A stretch of 64,000 nucleotides of DNA from Octopus sinensis (Eukaryota). Under the pieces are notes generated by a model, which made no database searches, was not told where the DNA came from, and was given only the letters and a program-made list of their open reading frames with translations. Below are positions 1 to 12,560 of this stretch, piece by piece. Position numbers and translations under genes: made by a program. The DNA lies in contig NC_043014.1 in the NCBI RefSeq assembly GCF_006345805.1, forward strand, positions 48,484,001-48,548,000, in the 5' to 3' direction. Positions within the stretch are counted from its first letter, which is position 1. Every line of letters starts with the position of its first letter.

Positions 1-498
1 ATCTCTCCCTCTCCATTCTTCCTCCTCCTTATTCTTTCTCTCTCTCTTTCTCTCTGTCTCTCTGCTTCCAACCTCCAGCTACGCCTCCTCTCTCTCCCTC
101 TCCGTTCGTTTCCTCACCACCACCACCACCGCCATCATCTCTTGGAAGATTTTTAGCAGGGCAAACATGGCTGTGGTGTTGCGAAGATATTATAAAGCGC
201 CGAGGCAGGCAGCCAACTCCTACTGCTGCTACTCTTTCACCACCACCACCACCACCACCACCACCACCACCACCGCTGTTGTTATTATTATGATAGCGGC
301 GGTGGTGTTGTGGTTTGTGTTGTGTTGTGGTGTGGTGATGTTGTGTGATGGTTTTTGTTGTTGTTATTGTGGTGGTGTTATGTTGAGCTGGCGATGGTGG
401 GGGCGGCGCGTTGGCTCTGTTCCCAGTTGCTCAGCCACTCAATACACATACACTACTAAAAAAATAACGAAAAACAATACAACTGTTCATCATCTTAT

Positions 499-546
<48 letters not shown>

Positions 547-547
547 G

Positions 548-578
<31 letters not shown>

Positions 579-637
579 GACAAACACATGTAATGTTAGG
601 TGTATTTGTGTAAGTATAATATTAACTCAGATGATTC

Positions 638-669
<32 letters not shown>

Positions 670-682
670 ATATATCTATCTA

Positions 683-716
<34 letters not shown>

Positions 717-785
717 CACATAGATATATCCTACATGTATTTATGTATTTGTCTGTCCCTCCTCTATTCTGTCTCTCTCTATATA

Positions 786-857
<72 letters not shown>

Positions 858-1227
858 TAATTATATATATATATATATATATATATGTGAGGTGGAAATG
901 AAGCACCAGTTAATTGTGCCCTTTCAATCTCCCCCTCCTCCTGTCCTTCTCTTCTCAGTTAAAAATCAACAAGCTCTCTCTCTCTACCCGCTCCCCCCTT
1001 CTTTTCCCCTCCCCCTCCCTCTCGCTCGCTCACTCTTGTTCCATTCGCTGATCTGAATAGATTGCTAATTACTGGCAACACTAGGAATTTAGTTACACAC
1101 ATATGTAAATATATATACACATATATATATATATATAATATATATGTGTGTGTATGTGTATATGGGTGTGTGTATAAGCACAGCCGCATTTCACACGCAC
1201 GCATAATTATCAATGTGTGTATGTATA

Positions 1228-1258
<31 letters not shown>

Positions 1259-1882
1259 ATTATATATATATATATGTATATGTATGTATATATATATGTA
1301 CAGCCTGTGCTGTAGTTTGTTGTCAAGTGTTGCTACAGCTGCGTTGAAAACTGCTGTTTGCTAGAGACACACTGCCTGCCTGCTTTGATAGCATATACTC
1401 TCTCTCTCTCTCTCTGGCTGTGGTGACACACACACAGTCAGACGTATAACACGCACGCACGCACACACACATTCTAGAGATATTGCATACAGCGAGAGAC
1501 AGAGAGAGGGGAAGAGAAGCCGGAGCAACAATCACCACTACTACTATTACTAGCATTGCTGTTGCTATTGCCTCTCTGTAGTTGTTGCTGCCATTTTGCT
1601 GTTATTAATGATGGATGAGGGGGGGACACAGCGGTGGCGGTGGTGGTGTTGCTGCTGTGTTAATAGACTCCCCTTAAAAACTGCTCCTAAATCTGTGTGT
1701 GTGTCTGTCTATATGTGTGTGTGTGTATGTGCTCGTCATATTTTCAATGTACGTAGCGTTATTTGTCCTTAGTTACACATACACATATAGACAGCACACA
1801 CACCGACAGATCTATACTATTTATATACATATATATATATACAATAGACACATATATCTCTCTACACACGTGTGTGTCTATG

Positions 1883-1916
<34 letters not shown>

Positions 1917-2749
1917 CATACATACACATACACATACACACTCGCATATAAACACCAGCACACAGACACAGTTTATTGCCGTTAGTCAACATGCAGTTTG
2001 TCGAGGTGCGGTAAGCGTGAGTCGGGGCGAGGTTCGGTGGATGATTTTGTCGCCTACTCACTTGCAAGCATCTACTGTAAAAATAGATAAATAAATGATG
2101 AAATATAGCTACTGATTAGAAAAAAAGGGGAGAGAGAGAGAGATTCTGTTTGAAATCATATTTGTTGTGTGCCGTGGATGTTACGAGGGATGAGAGATAG
2201 AGAGAGAGAATGTAGTTTGGTATAAAGCTCCTTCCTAAACCAGCCTAATCCATTCGTGACGAAGGGTTTCGATTCTAGGTTACACTGTCAATTCACTTGA
2301 TTTCACTGAGGTCATCGATGTCCTTGAATAAAACCCACAAAGCTCTCTTCATTTCTAGGACCTTGCTCAATAAATCCGTGTCCGTGTCGTTCGTCGTCCT
2401 GTGAGAAGAAATCGCCATTAATATTTTTGTTGTTGTTGTCGTTATCACCACCATCATCATCATCATCATCAGCATCAACGTCGTGTTCATGGTAATGATT
2501 ATTGTTTTCATTATTATTGAGTGTTAAGTATGGAAATAATCGATATGTAATACAAGTGATTGTGGATGAAGCTTAAGGTACGATACTGCTGAGACGAGTG
2601 TTGCTATTAGACCTCTCTCTCTCTCTGTCTCTCTCCTATATGTGTGCAAACCGGCCAACCTAGTTCCATTATTATCCTTTTGGGAAGCTACACATCTGCT
2701 CCCACCGATGAGGTTGTTGTATGTCTCTATCTTTCTCTCTAGAACTGGT

Positions 2750-3220
2750 GGACTCCACTGAGAGAGAGAGAGAGAGAGGTGGGCAAGGAAGTGCGCACGC
2801 CTGCCACAGCCGGTGCCCAACCAAACCCGTTGTCACTTTTATTAGACACTGAGCGTCAAAGGAATCTGTTCTTGGCCCGTTTATTGGGGTCACTTCCTCC
2901 TCCTAAATACAAACAACAAACCAACAAAAACTAAAAAAAGCCACCAGTGTTTAGTCTATTAAGAGAGGGAGGGAGGGAGGGAAGGAAGGGAAAAAAATAG
3001 CGCCCCTTCACCCCGCTCTTCCTAACACCTCCTCCTCCTCCGCCTTCTACCAATCCGCCACCCCCGCACCGTACCCTACTCTCGTTCCTCCCCCTCCCCC
3101 TCCACTTCTCCCTCTCTCTCTCTCTCTCAAGGGGAGAAAAAGAGAGAGAGAGAATCATGGTAGGGGCGTGAAAAGCTGCTCATGAGTCAGCCAGCACCGC
3201 CTCCACCCCCTCCAGTCGTA
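2750..3220 (+). promoter_or_regulatory. Putative promoter region upstream of candidate exon 1
   Basis: CpG-retaining, G/C-tract-rich and TE-free. Contains CACTTCC (ETS-like), GGGGCGTG (Sp/KLF-like) and TGAGTCA (AP-1-like), followed by a trinucleotide-repeat-rich leader. Confidence 0.35.
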
Positions 3221-3678
3221 GTAGTAGTAGTAGCTAGTGGCAGTAATAGTAGTAGTAGTAGTAGTAGTCAGTAATGGCGATCCCCACCCTCACCTCGTCC
3301 ATTAGAGAGCCCATTATACATGATCTGCTGCTGCTGCTTTTGCATTTGTCGTCGACACCGCCATCATCATCACCACCACCGTCACTGCCTCCACCATCGC
3401 CTTCTGCTCCATCGTAGCCACCGCCGCCATTAGTAATAGTAGTAGTAGTCGTAGTAGTAATAACAATCCTGCTAGTAGTAGTAGTAGTAGTGGTAGTAGT
3501 GGTGGTGGTTATTGTAGTGGTGGCGGCGGTAGTAGCTGCATAGTGTGGTACCAAGTTTCTAAACCCACCCTCCCCTCCTCCCCGAGTACTTGGGTGTGTG
3601 TCGAGTCTGTCTGTCTGTCTATGTGTGTGTGTGTGTGATCAGGTTGGTCTCCTCGATGTGGTGGCCTGCCCAGATAAC

Positions 3679-3769
3679 ATGTCATTTAATAATATTTATA
3701 CTAGCACCACCGACGGTTACCTCTTTCCAGCCTATTCCACCAATATGCACGCTTTTTACCCCTTTCAAG
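3679..3769 (+). CDS. GSE1: Candidate first coding exon of GSE1 (MSFNNIYTSTTDGYLFPAYSTNMHAFYPFQ+G)
   Basis: First in-frame ATG after the in-frame stop at 3541. 30 codons + 1 nt of non-repetitive sequence ending at a consensus donor CAAG|GTAAGT. Phase 1 matches the 63541 acceptor (junction codon G+GA = Gly). No homology support; the link is inferred. Confidence 0.55.
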
Positions 3770-4591
3770 GTAAGTGACACCGCTTGGATATCTTTCTCTC
3801 TACCCTCCACACATACACACACCCTCTTTAGCCAAAAATTTCCCCATTTTATAACCAAAAATCTCTGTTCCATTTCTCCATTTTTAACTCGGTTTCCTTT
3901 TCGCTATAATCATACAGGATTGTATATAGAGATATGTGTGTGTACGTATGAATATGTGTTAGTGTGTGTGTTTTATATTTATATATATGTACGTGTATAT
4001 ATGTATGTATGTATGTATGAGTATATATATATATATATGTGTGTGTGTGTATGGATGGACGTGTGTGTTTGTATAATGTCGGGTCAGCTTGTTTATTTCT
4101 TGTTTCCGAAGAAGAGTGTAAGATTATTTCTTGGTTGTGAGATGTTTCAATGGAAGATATTTTAACTGTGGGTTCTTTCTCTCGTCTCGTCTCTTTTGCT
4201 TACTTTTTTTATTTTTTAAATACTTCTCCTTGTCTTTTCTTTATCGCTTGTGTGTTGTTGATTCTCTCTCGCTCCGCCATCCGCCTTTCTCTCTCCGTTC
4301 TTCGGCCACAGATGATGATAGCTAAACCATCTAATTGATTCTATCTCGCTCTCTCTCTCTCTCTCTGTATATAGTGGCTGCAGTTTAAGTGAGGTGCCAT
4401 CAGTGGTTGGCCCCGGCTGCTGCTACTCTTGCCCTTGGGTCAATTATCTCCTACTACAGCCAAACACACACACACACACACATGCCGAATGAGAAGACAT
4501 CCGTACAACTGCTTCTTCCAGAGGAAAAAAAAATATATTTTCCAACTCCATTTTGCTATCTCGATCATTGCTGTTGTGTGTGTGTGTTTGT

Positions 4592-4623
<32 letters not shown>

Positions 4624-5047
4624 TCACACATGTGGTGTTGGTGTTCCAGTTGTGGTCAGAGGGACACCCAGCTGTTGTAAACAGCGAAGGATCATTCTGT
4701 TTAGTGTACCAACTGACCTCCACCGACAAAGCCAAATCATTTATGTACAACACTCACTCCCCCGTCCACTTGCCTCCACCCACAACCCCCCTCGCATATG
4801 TCGATAGCCCACCCCCCTCTCTCTCTCTCTCTGCGTTTCTCGTTCACCCTCTCTTTCTCTCGTGTCCAGTCTAAACCCCCCTTCCCCTCCCCCTCTCCGC
4901 AATTCGCTCATGTAATGATGAAGGACTCGGTTGGTCTGCCTTCTGACCTCTCGGGTGTTTACAGTGACCTTGGCACGCTCTTTTACTACTACAACACATG
5001 AACATTTGTCAATCAAATATCACAAACTGCTAGAACCATCTTTCCTC

Positions 5048-5084
<37 letters not shown>

Positions 5085-5560
5085 TTAATGTTCTCTACCC
5101 CCACCCCCGTAAGCACTATCAACAGCATCATGACCATAAACAAAAGCAACACAGAATCCCGATGGTTTTATTCCACCATTTATTTCCCCCCCCCCCCCCG
5201 ATATTCCGAAAGCCATCGCCACTGCCATCAGCTTTCTTCTCCGTTCTCATTTTCTATGTCGTTCCATGTTTCCAGACTTCCTTGTTGATTCCAACTGTTA
5301 CCATGGAATTTTGGAACCACTGTTCTCCCTGTCTCCCTCTGTGTATGAAATATATATATATTTGGAATAGATCCCGTGTATATATATATATGAATATATA
5401 TATATACACAGACACATACACACATATATATCTGTGTGTATATATTTACATTTGCATTTATCCTATATATTTTGTTTAATTTTCCACTATTAACCAACCT
5501 TCCGCTTTCATTGTACCACAAATGCTACACACACACACGTCACTATACATACATACATAC

Positions 5561-5610
<50 letters not shown>

Positions 5611-6297
5611 TATATATATATATATATATATAATTATATATATGATATATATATATAAAATCTACGTAAACATGTATTGCAGCAATGGTTTCTCTCTGAA
5701 ATTCCAGTTCGTATCCCCAGTTGTTGGTCTCAAGAAGACAACGGTCTAATTTTTAAAAAATCGATGACGTACGATTCTTGATGTTGTTTTAGGGAACGGC
5801 ATTAGCGCCACTCATTCCTGATTTTCTCCTACCACTGTCTGTATCTTTAATAGAGGATGTAACAGTGTGTGTGTCTATGTGTGTGTGTGTGTAGCATATT
5901 TAATGGTTTACTATAATAATAATAATAAATGTAATGATCATTGTCTGTGACGAATCATTAAACAATTATATACGTATGCGTGTGTATATATGTGTATTAC
6001 ACGTACGTATGTGTGTACACACACACGCACGCGCCACGAAGGCTGTTGAACCGAAGCCTCGGAGTAACTGTCAACTGTTTCCCTGTAAAAGCTGTGTGTA
6101 TATGGAAAACGTCAATACGGAATTAATTTATATGATTTATTGTCGATTAAGATTGGATTACTCGTCTGTTTATTACTCCGAGTAACAACAAAGTAATATT
6201 AGCATTACAGAAGATGTGTGTGTGAAAATAAAACAGTAATGACCAGAAATGTGAAATGGCGGGTGTGTGTAATGTTTATCTTGGCTTTCGTCGTTAA

Positions 6298-6540
6298 GGG
6301 TCATTTGAGATATTGACACCTGTACCCTTAAGTGTCTGTGTGTCTGTTTTTGCGAAAGAAGCCATGGGGTCAGCCGAGCTATTTGACACCCCGTACTCTA
6401 AATGTCTGTGTGTTTTGCATTCGAAGAAAGCCGGAGGTCAGCTGAGTTACTTAACACCTGTACTCTGCATTGAAAGAAGCCAGGGGTCAGCTGAGCTATT
6501 TGACACCTGTACTCTAATGTCTGTGTGTCTGTTTTTAAAG
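6298..6540. repeat. Degenerate minisatellite, 4 units of ~50-70 bp with core GGTCAGCTGAGCTATTTGACACCTGTACTCT
   Basis: Core repeated at ~6299, 6368, 6437 and 6485. Confidence 0.85.
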
Positions 6541-7032
6541 AACCCATTCACACTCTCTCTCAATGCTGGCCTTTTCGCCCCTCCCCTTCTAACTCGCTCT
6601 CTACGCATACACACCCTCCCTCCCTCACTTCTCATACGCTTTCTAACTCCCTCTCCCCCATTCACTTTTTCTTTTTATCCTGCCTCTCCCCTCCTCCCCC
6701 TTCTTTTTATCGTTTTCTATGTTTTCTGTGTCAATTTCTCTCTCTCCCCTTCCTACCGTTTACCCCCCTCTCTCTCTCATCCATACTCCTTCTTTCTCCC
6801 CTATCTCTTAAATATATTCCTCCCCCCCCCTTCTTTTTCATATTTTATATCCGCTTGAGGTTTATGTAGCTTCAATCTTCTAATCACTTTGTCTCTGAAC
6901 ACATCCACATATCCAGACATATCGTATACACACACACACACTAACAACCACGTACACGGACGCACACACTTAACATAATTACACACTCTTGACACAACCA
7001 CACACGTAGATTCATACGTATTTAGCTCAGTA

Positions 7033-7069
<37 letters not shown>

Positions 7070-7437
7070 TATTCATATATATATAAATATATTCCCACAC
7101 ACACACAACATATGCACATACATAGACTCAAGCATACACGCTTAAACACATCCATATACATTCACACATACACACTTCACACTGTGGCGCACGCATGCGC
7201 ATATACGTCTCATGTAATCGTTTCCTCCGTTCATTTTTATTTCCACACCACTACCACCATCACCAATAATAATAATAATAATAATAATAATGACAGTGAA
7301 TCGACGATCGTTAAACTGGTTTCCCCTCCTCTCTCTCGGTTCTTTGTCAGAAAACAGACCTATAAAAATCAAAGATCACAAGTGCTTGTTGATATTTATA
7401 CTGTGGCCATCACTCCAGACTGGTCTTTACACTTTCC

Positions 7438-7516
<79 letters not shown>

Positions 7517-7849
7517 CTCACACACTATCACAAACATATACACACATTCTGACCGTTTATTATTGTAATAAACGGTTTGTCGGGCATATCTCACGAACGG
7601 ATCATGGTCCAATTTCTGTTGTATTCTTCTCCAGCGATTAAAAGTACCAGCAAACTACTGAGACCTCATCGATTATACAATCAGAAATATTTATAATTAT
7701 GACTCAATGTAATGTTGTTGTTGTTCTATTAAATCACCACACCCGTTCCTGGTTGTGGTTGCGTGTGTTTGTGTGCGGTGGGGTTACTGTTTAGGCATCA
7801 CCAGGCCATCCCGTCTCTCTCCCTGTCTGTCTGTCTGTAAATACGACTG

Positions 7850-7913
7850 TGTATAAAGCCTACATTATTAGTCAATGTGTCTGTATAAAGCCTACATTAT
7901 TAGTCAATGTGTC
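7850..7913. repeat. Exact 32-bp tandem duplication
   Basis: tgtataaagcctacattattagtcaatgtgtc occurs twice (7850-7881, 7882-7913). Confidence 0.95.
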
Positions 7914-9185
7914 TGTCCTTCCTTTATAAAGACAATAGATTCGTGATTTCGGAGGCTTCGACTGCTCTTTCTGGACAGTTGTTCTGCGGCGTAGAAGCTC
8001 CGTCGTCTGTTAATTATTGGAGTGGTTATAGTTAATTATTCCCTCTCGCCTCCCTAATTCTGTGGCTGTGTGCCAATCATTGTCATCATCATCGTCATTA
8101 TTATTATTATTATTATTTATTCATGACAGCGTAGTTTCGTTGATAGTTTTTCTCTCTCCCTCTCTCTTTGTTTGATAGGTTATTATGGTTAATTGTGTGT
8201 TTAATGACATAGCTGTGAGGAAATCTAAATTGTAGTGTTGTTTTTCTTTTTTACTAGTTAACTGTTCTAATTAGCTGTTTGGTGAGGGGGGTGCTTGCAT
8301 GCATGCATGTGTGTGTGTCTGTCGAACATACATACATACATACGTACATACATATACACAGACGTTTTGTGGCTGATGGTTGTTGGTTGCCACAGAAAAT
8401 CTGTAGCCCACTTGTAGACAATACGCAAACAGTCTATTTGGCCTCTCTATTTCTCCCTCCCCCTCTATCTCTGTCTATCTCTCTCTCTCTCTGTCTCTCT
8501 CGCTAACCCTCCTCCTCCACCACCCAACAGACACTATACTGACACGTTCCGAATCTTTTATATACGTGTATTCATAATCCTTATCTCGTTTTAAACTTGG
8601 CATTTCCACCACCATCGCCATCATCTCTCCGCCGACAATATTTGTTTTTCATAATACAAAACAAAGAAGCACAATGGAATCTCTCTCTCTCTCTTTCTTT
8701 CTTTCTCTCTATCTCTCTCTCTCTCTCATTCTCAACTGCCATTCTTCACAAACGAAGTGAATTCATGAGCTAAGAATGGTGATATGTTTCTGGATTTGTT
8801 GATTCTATTTTAACTCAATTCCAAATAAAATTTCAGCCAATTTTTTTTTATTTTTCTATTATTTCCTTTATGGCAGTTGACATTTTACTTCGTTAAATGC
8901 TTTTGGCTTTCTTTCATGGGAGGCTATCAATTATTCAGCGATATGGCAAATATGGATGTCAAATATTTTATGTATATATATCTGTATGTACACACGATAC
9001 ACACACATGCACACACATACACACACACACGTGTGTGCGTGTGTGTATTTATATATATATATTCTATTCAGAAACAGATATCTAGACGTATATAATGAAA
9101 GTATTGGGCCACACACACACACACGTATGTACATATATATATATTTATATAGGAGTGTGTGTGTACACAAGCACACGTATGTATG

Positions 9186-9218
<33 letters not shown>

Positions 9219-9533
9219 GTATATATATATATACACACACACACTCCTATATAAGTATATATTTGGTGGGCATAGTAAAGTTCAATATTACATAGTAGTG
9301 TATATATATATATATATATATATGCGGTGTGTGTGTGTGTATGTACACACACACACACATATATATATATATGATCTGATCTGAATTGTAATCTGTATCT
9401 TCTGTCCTGTCTCTGTAGTGACAGGAGACTCAATCGTGACCCACACTCCTCATCCATTTGTGAAGTGATGTATGAAGTAAATGGCTTGTCTATTGACAGT
9501 TTTCAATGGTTCTAAGTGACGCACATACACAGG

Positions 9534-9593
<60 letters not shown>

Positions 9594-10170
9594 CCTATAT
9601 ATGCCGCTTCCTCCTCCCAGTCTGCAATTCTTTCATTCCTTCTCCGTTCATCATTCTCTTGCAAACCTTTTCCTTACTCATTCTAATCCCTGAAGAATTT
9701 AACTTATTTCCATTTTTTTCCCCTTCCTTCTTCTTTAACCCGTATCCAAGAAATCTAAACTCCCCCGACAGTGACGTCTTAAAGGACCTAAATCAGAGAT
9801 AGTGCATTATTAATCTTTACCTTCTGTTGTTTTTATCATTGTTGTTTGTTACCTGACCACACCTGTCAGGGTTAGCAAATCGCCAGCTGCTTCTCCTTAT
9901 TGTGCTACTTGAACATTAGTCATAATTTAGTAGCTTTCTCTCTTTCACACACACTCTCTTTCTCTCATATACACACGAAAGTATCATCATCATCATCTCT
10001 GTTATGTATTATGTACTTTTCCTTCCGTGTGTGAGTTTGAAGTTATAGATAGTGAAGAAACTCGGCTTTCCCTAATTCAGTAGAGCTCATTTTCGGATTT
10101 CTGGTTTCCTTGCTCTTAGAATGAGGGATTCCCATCACCCCCACCACCCCCACACACGTGTCCCCTTCCA

Positions 10171-10400
10171 GGGCGAGCTGGCAGAAGCGTTAGCACGCCG
10201 GGCGAAGTGCTTTGCGGTATTTCGCCCGCCGCTTGCGTTCTGAGTTCAAATTCCGCCGAGGTCGACTTTGCCTTTCATCCTTTCAGGGTCGATAAATTAA
10301 GTACCAGTTACGCACTGGGGTCGAAGTAATCGACTTAATCCGTTTGTCTGTCCTTGTTTGTCCCCTCTGTGTTTAGCCCCTTGTGGGTAGTAAAGAAATA
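10171..10400 (+). mobile_element. tRNA-derived SINE family A (Nin-like central domain), full length
   Basis: A-box GGCGAGCTGGCAGAA, B-box GAGTTCAAATTCC, central GCCTTTCATCCTTT.GGGGTCGATAAATTAAGTACCAG, tail CCCCTTGTGGGTAGTAAAGAAATA; more than 20 related copies in the window. Confidence 0.9.
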
Positions 10401-10651
10401 TTTAAATATTAAGTAACATGTCATCCTTAAGGCTATAAACATTTTCTGTGTTGGTTCTTCTCCCTTATTCTTCAGTTCTAATTAAAATCATCATGATACC
10501 TTTCCTATGCTACTAATCTAATTGACTTTAATTATATTGACATCATTATAGTGAATTAGCATGTTAACCTTCTCAATTTGTTGATTGAATTGATAACCTG
10601 TACGAATTTTTATTGTCCTTCTTCACTCAAGTCCCTTTTACTCAAGTATCC

Positions 10652-11001
10652 TTTTACTTGTTCTCACTCATTAGACTGTGGTAATGCTGGGGTACTACCT
10701 TAAAGGTTTAGTCAAACAAATTGCCCCCCTCCCAGTACTTTTCTATTGGTCTCTTTTGCTAAATTACTAACTTGTGGAGACATAAACAAACCGACATTGG
10801 TTATCAAGCTGTAGTGGGACAGACACACACCTACATGCAACAGGCTTCTTTCAGTTTTTGCTTACCAAATCCATTTACAAGGCTTTTGGTCAGCCTGAGG
10901 CTATAGTAGAAGACACTTGCCCAAGGTGCCATTCAGTGGGACTGAACCCAGAACCATGTAGTTGGGAAGTAAACTTCTTTAATGATAAAGCCACGCCTGT
11001 A
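10652..11001 (-). mobile_element. tRNA-derived SINE family B (CORE-like, OR-type)
   Basis: Reverse of GTGGTTAAGAAGTTT..GGTTCAGTCCC..GGCACCTTGGGCAAGTGTCTTCTACTATAGCC; many copies in the window. Confidence 0.8.
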
Positions 11002-11436
11002 TTCTGCGTCAATTTTATTACATTTAGTTTCAGATAAACATTATTTAGTTTAGCCAGTCATTGATAAATAGAATGTTCACATACTGGATGAATTCACCAT
11101 TTCAGCAGATAAAGAGTCAGATATGGTACACAGTTTATAAAATTCTTGGAGAACTTCAAGTGTCATACTGGGAATCTTATTGAGTTGGAATGATAACATG
11201 AGTAGATGAAATTTGTTGTTGTCTAAACTACATATCCCGGTGTTGATATGATCCACTTCATAATGATGTAAACAGAAATTGAATTGTCTTAGTGGTTGTG
11301 ATCAAACGTTTTCCTAGACACCACAATCTAAGTTAAGAACACAATATAACTTATGTTGTCAGTGCTAACGCTCAGGATAGCTCTTTTACAGTACAATGGT
11401 TATCATAAAAGATTCCAGCTACGACAATCCTGTCTT

Positions 11437-11470
<34 letters not shown>

Positions 11471-11489
11471 GAAAGCAAAGTTACCTTCT

Positions 11490-11700
11490 CGAGTCATGCT
11501 GACTTATAAGGGCTGGTTTCACAGCATATAAATTCTCCACCTGGGCGGAATACTGGTCCGTCAGAGGATTACTCATTTTTGCCAGCTGAGTGAACTGGAG
11601 CAATGTGAAAGAATACAATGCATTGCCCAGTCCAGGAATCAAAACAACAATCTTCCGATCTGGAGTCCAACACCCTAACCACTAATCCGCACACCTCCAT
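11490..11700 (-). mobile_element. tRNA-derived SINE family E
   Basis: Shares GCCAGCTGAGTG.ACTGGAGCAA.GTGAAA...CCCTAACCACT with the copies at 16240-16560, 30010-30330 and 43130-43255. Confidence 0.7.
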
Positions 11701-12419
11701 GTTAATTTACATATGCCTGTGATTGTATTATCCAATGAGTCCTTTTGTTTGTGTCTGTGTGTGATTTGAGGCAGGTGAACTATTATTTCGAGCACATTAA
11801 GCAAACCACATAATCTCCTTTTGTTACTAAGTTAAGTGATCTGTTGTTCTTAAGAATTCTTATATTTTCGTATCGTTGCTGTGCTCCATAGGATTCAGTT
11901 TCTCCTGATGGAAATTAACAGCTAAGAAATTACAGATGGGATTTACTTTCATCTGTATCATCTACCAACACATAGATACCATCTTTGATGTTCCTTCTAT
12001 TTTCTCATCCCGCTCTCTTCACATCCTTTTAGACCAGCAGTGACCCAATGTCGACCTGGTTTATAGGTCAGAGAAATCTTGATCTTAACCTTGCCCTTAA
12101 TCTTTGTAACTAATACAAAATTCCCCGATACCCTGCTGATATGCAGTGGCCTACTGCCTTAAAAGACAAATTCATCTCAATGCAATTGTTGAATGATTTG
12201 TTAATTGATGATGTTAACAACCTCAACTGAGCAAGTATTGCTTTTTCATAGAACTATATGTGTCTGTAGTGGTTGTGTTGAATGTTGTGAATGAATTTAT
12301 TATTTAGTTCAGGTGTGGCTAACCTTTTTTTTTTTAGAAGCAGGCTACCTGACACAGGGTTTCATTGTCAGGTGAGCTGCACTGCTAAAAAAAAATACTT
12401 AAGGTAATTTTTAATTTGT

Positions 12420-12560
12420 TGTACCATTCAGAAAGTCCTGTGGGCTGCAGTTTGCCCATGCTTGATTTAGTCCAGTTGAATCAGCCTTCCAGCTTGCCAG
12501 CCTGGATCAAACTGTCCAACCCATGCCAGTATGGACAACGGACATTAAATGATGATTATA
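12420..12560 (+). mobile_element. SINE family D 3' part (RTE-like AACCCATGCCAGCATGGA..(GAT)n tail)
   Basis: gtccaacccatgccagtatggacaacggacattaaatgatgat matches the other family D copies. Confidence 0.65.

Larger units (their letters stand above)
1..9700. repeat. Microsatellite-dense, TE-free region: (AT)n, (AC)n, (AG/CT)n, (CAC)n, (TAG)n, (CAT)n
   Basis: Directly visible tracts, e.g. 500-900, 1100-1300, 3220-3540, 7010-7520, 9050-9600. Confidence 0.95.

Noticed and set aside
167-613. 148-aa ORF MAVVLRRYYKAPRQ...
   Set aside because: Runs through (CAC)n, (GTT)n and (AT)n tracts; low-complexity translation with no recognisable domain or phase-compatible donor.
1991-2016. ATG CAG TTT GTC GAG GTG CG|GTAAGC mini-exon
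   Set aside because: Phase 2, so incompatible with the phase-1 GSE1 acceptor; no other support.
3590-4165. 191-aa ORF overlapping the candidate exon 1
   Set aside because: Non-ATG start and a microsatellite-derived C-terminal half; the real signal is in another frame ending at GTAAGT.
10171-10260. tRNA-like A/B boxes read as tRNA genes
   Set aside because: All are SINE heads continuing into SINE bodies; none closes a cloverleaf.
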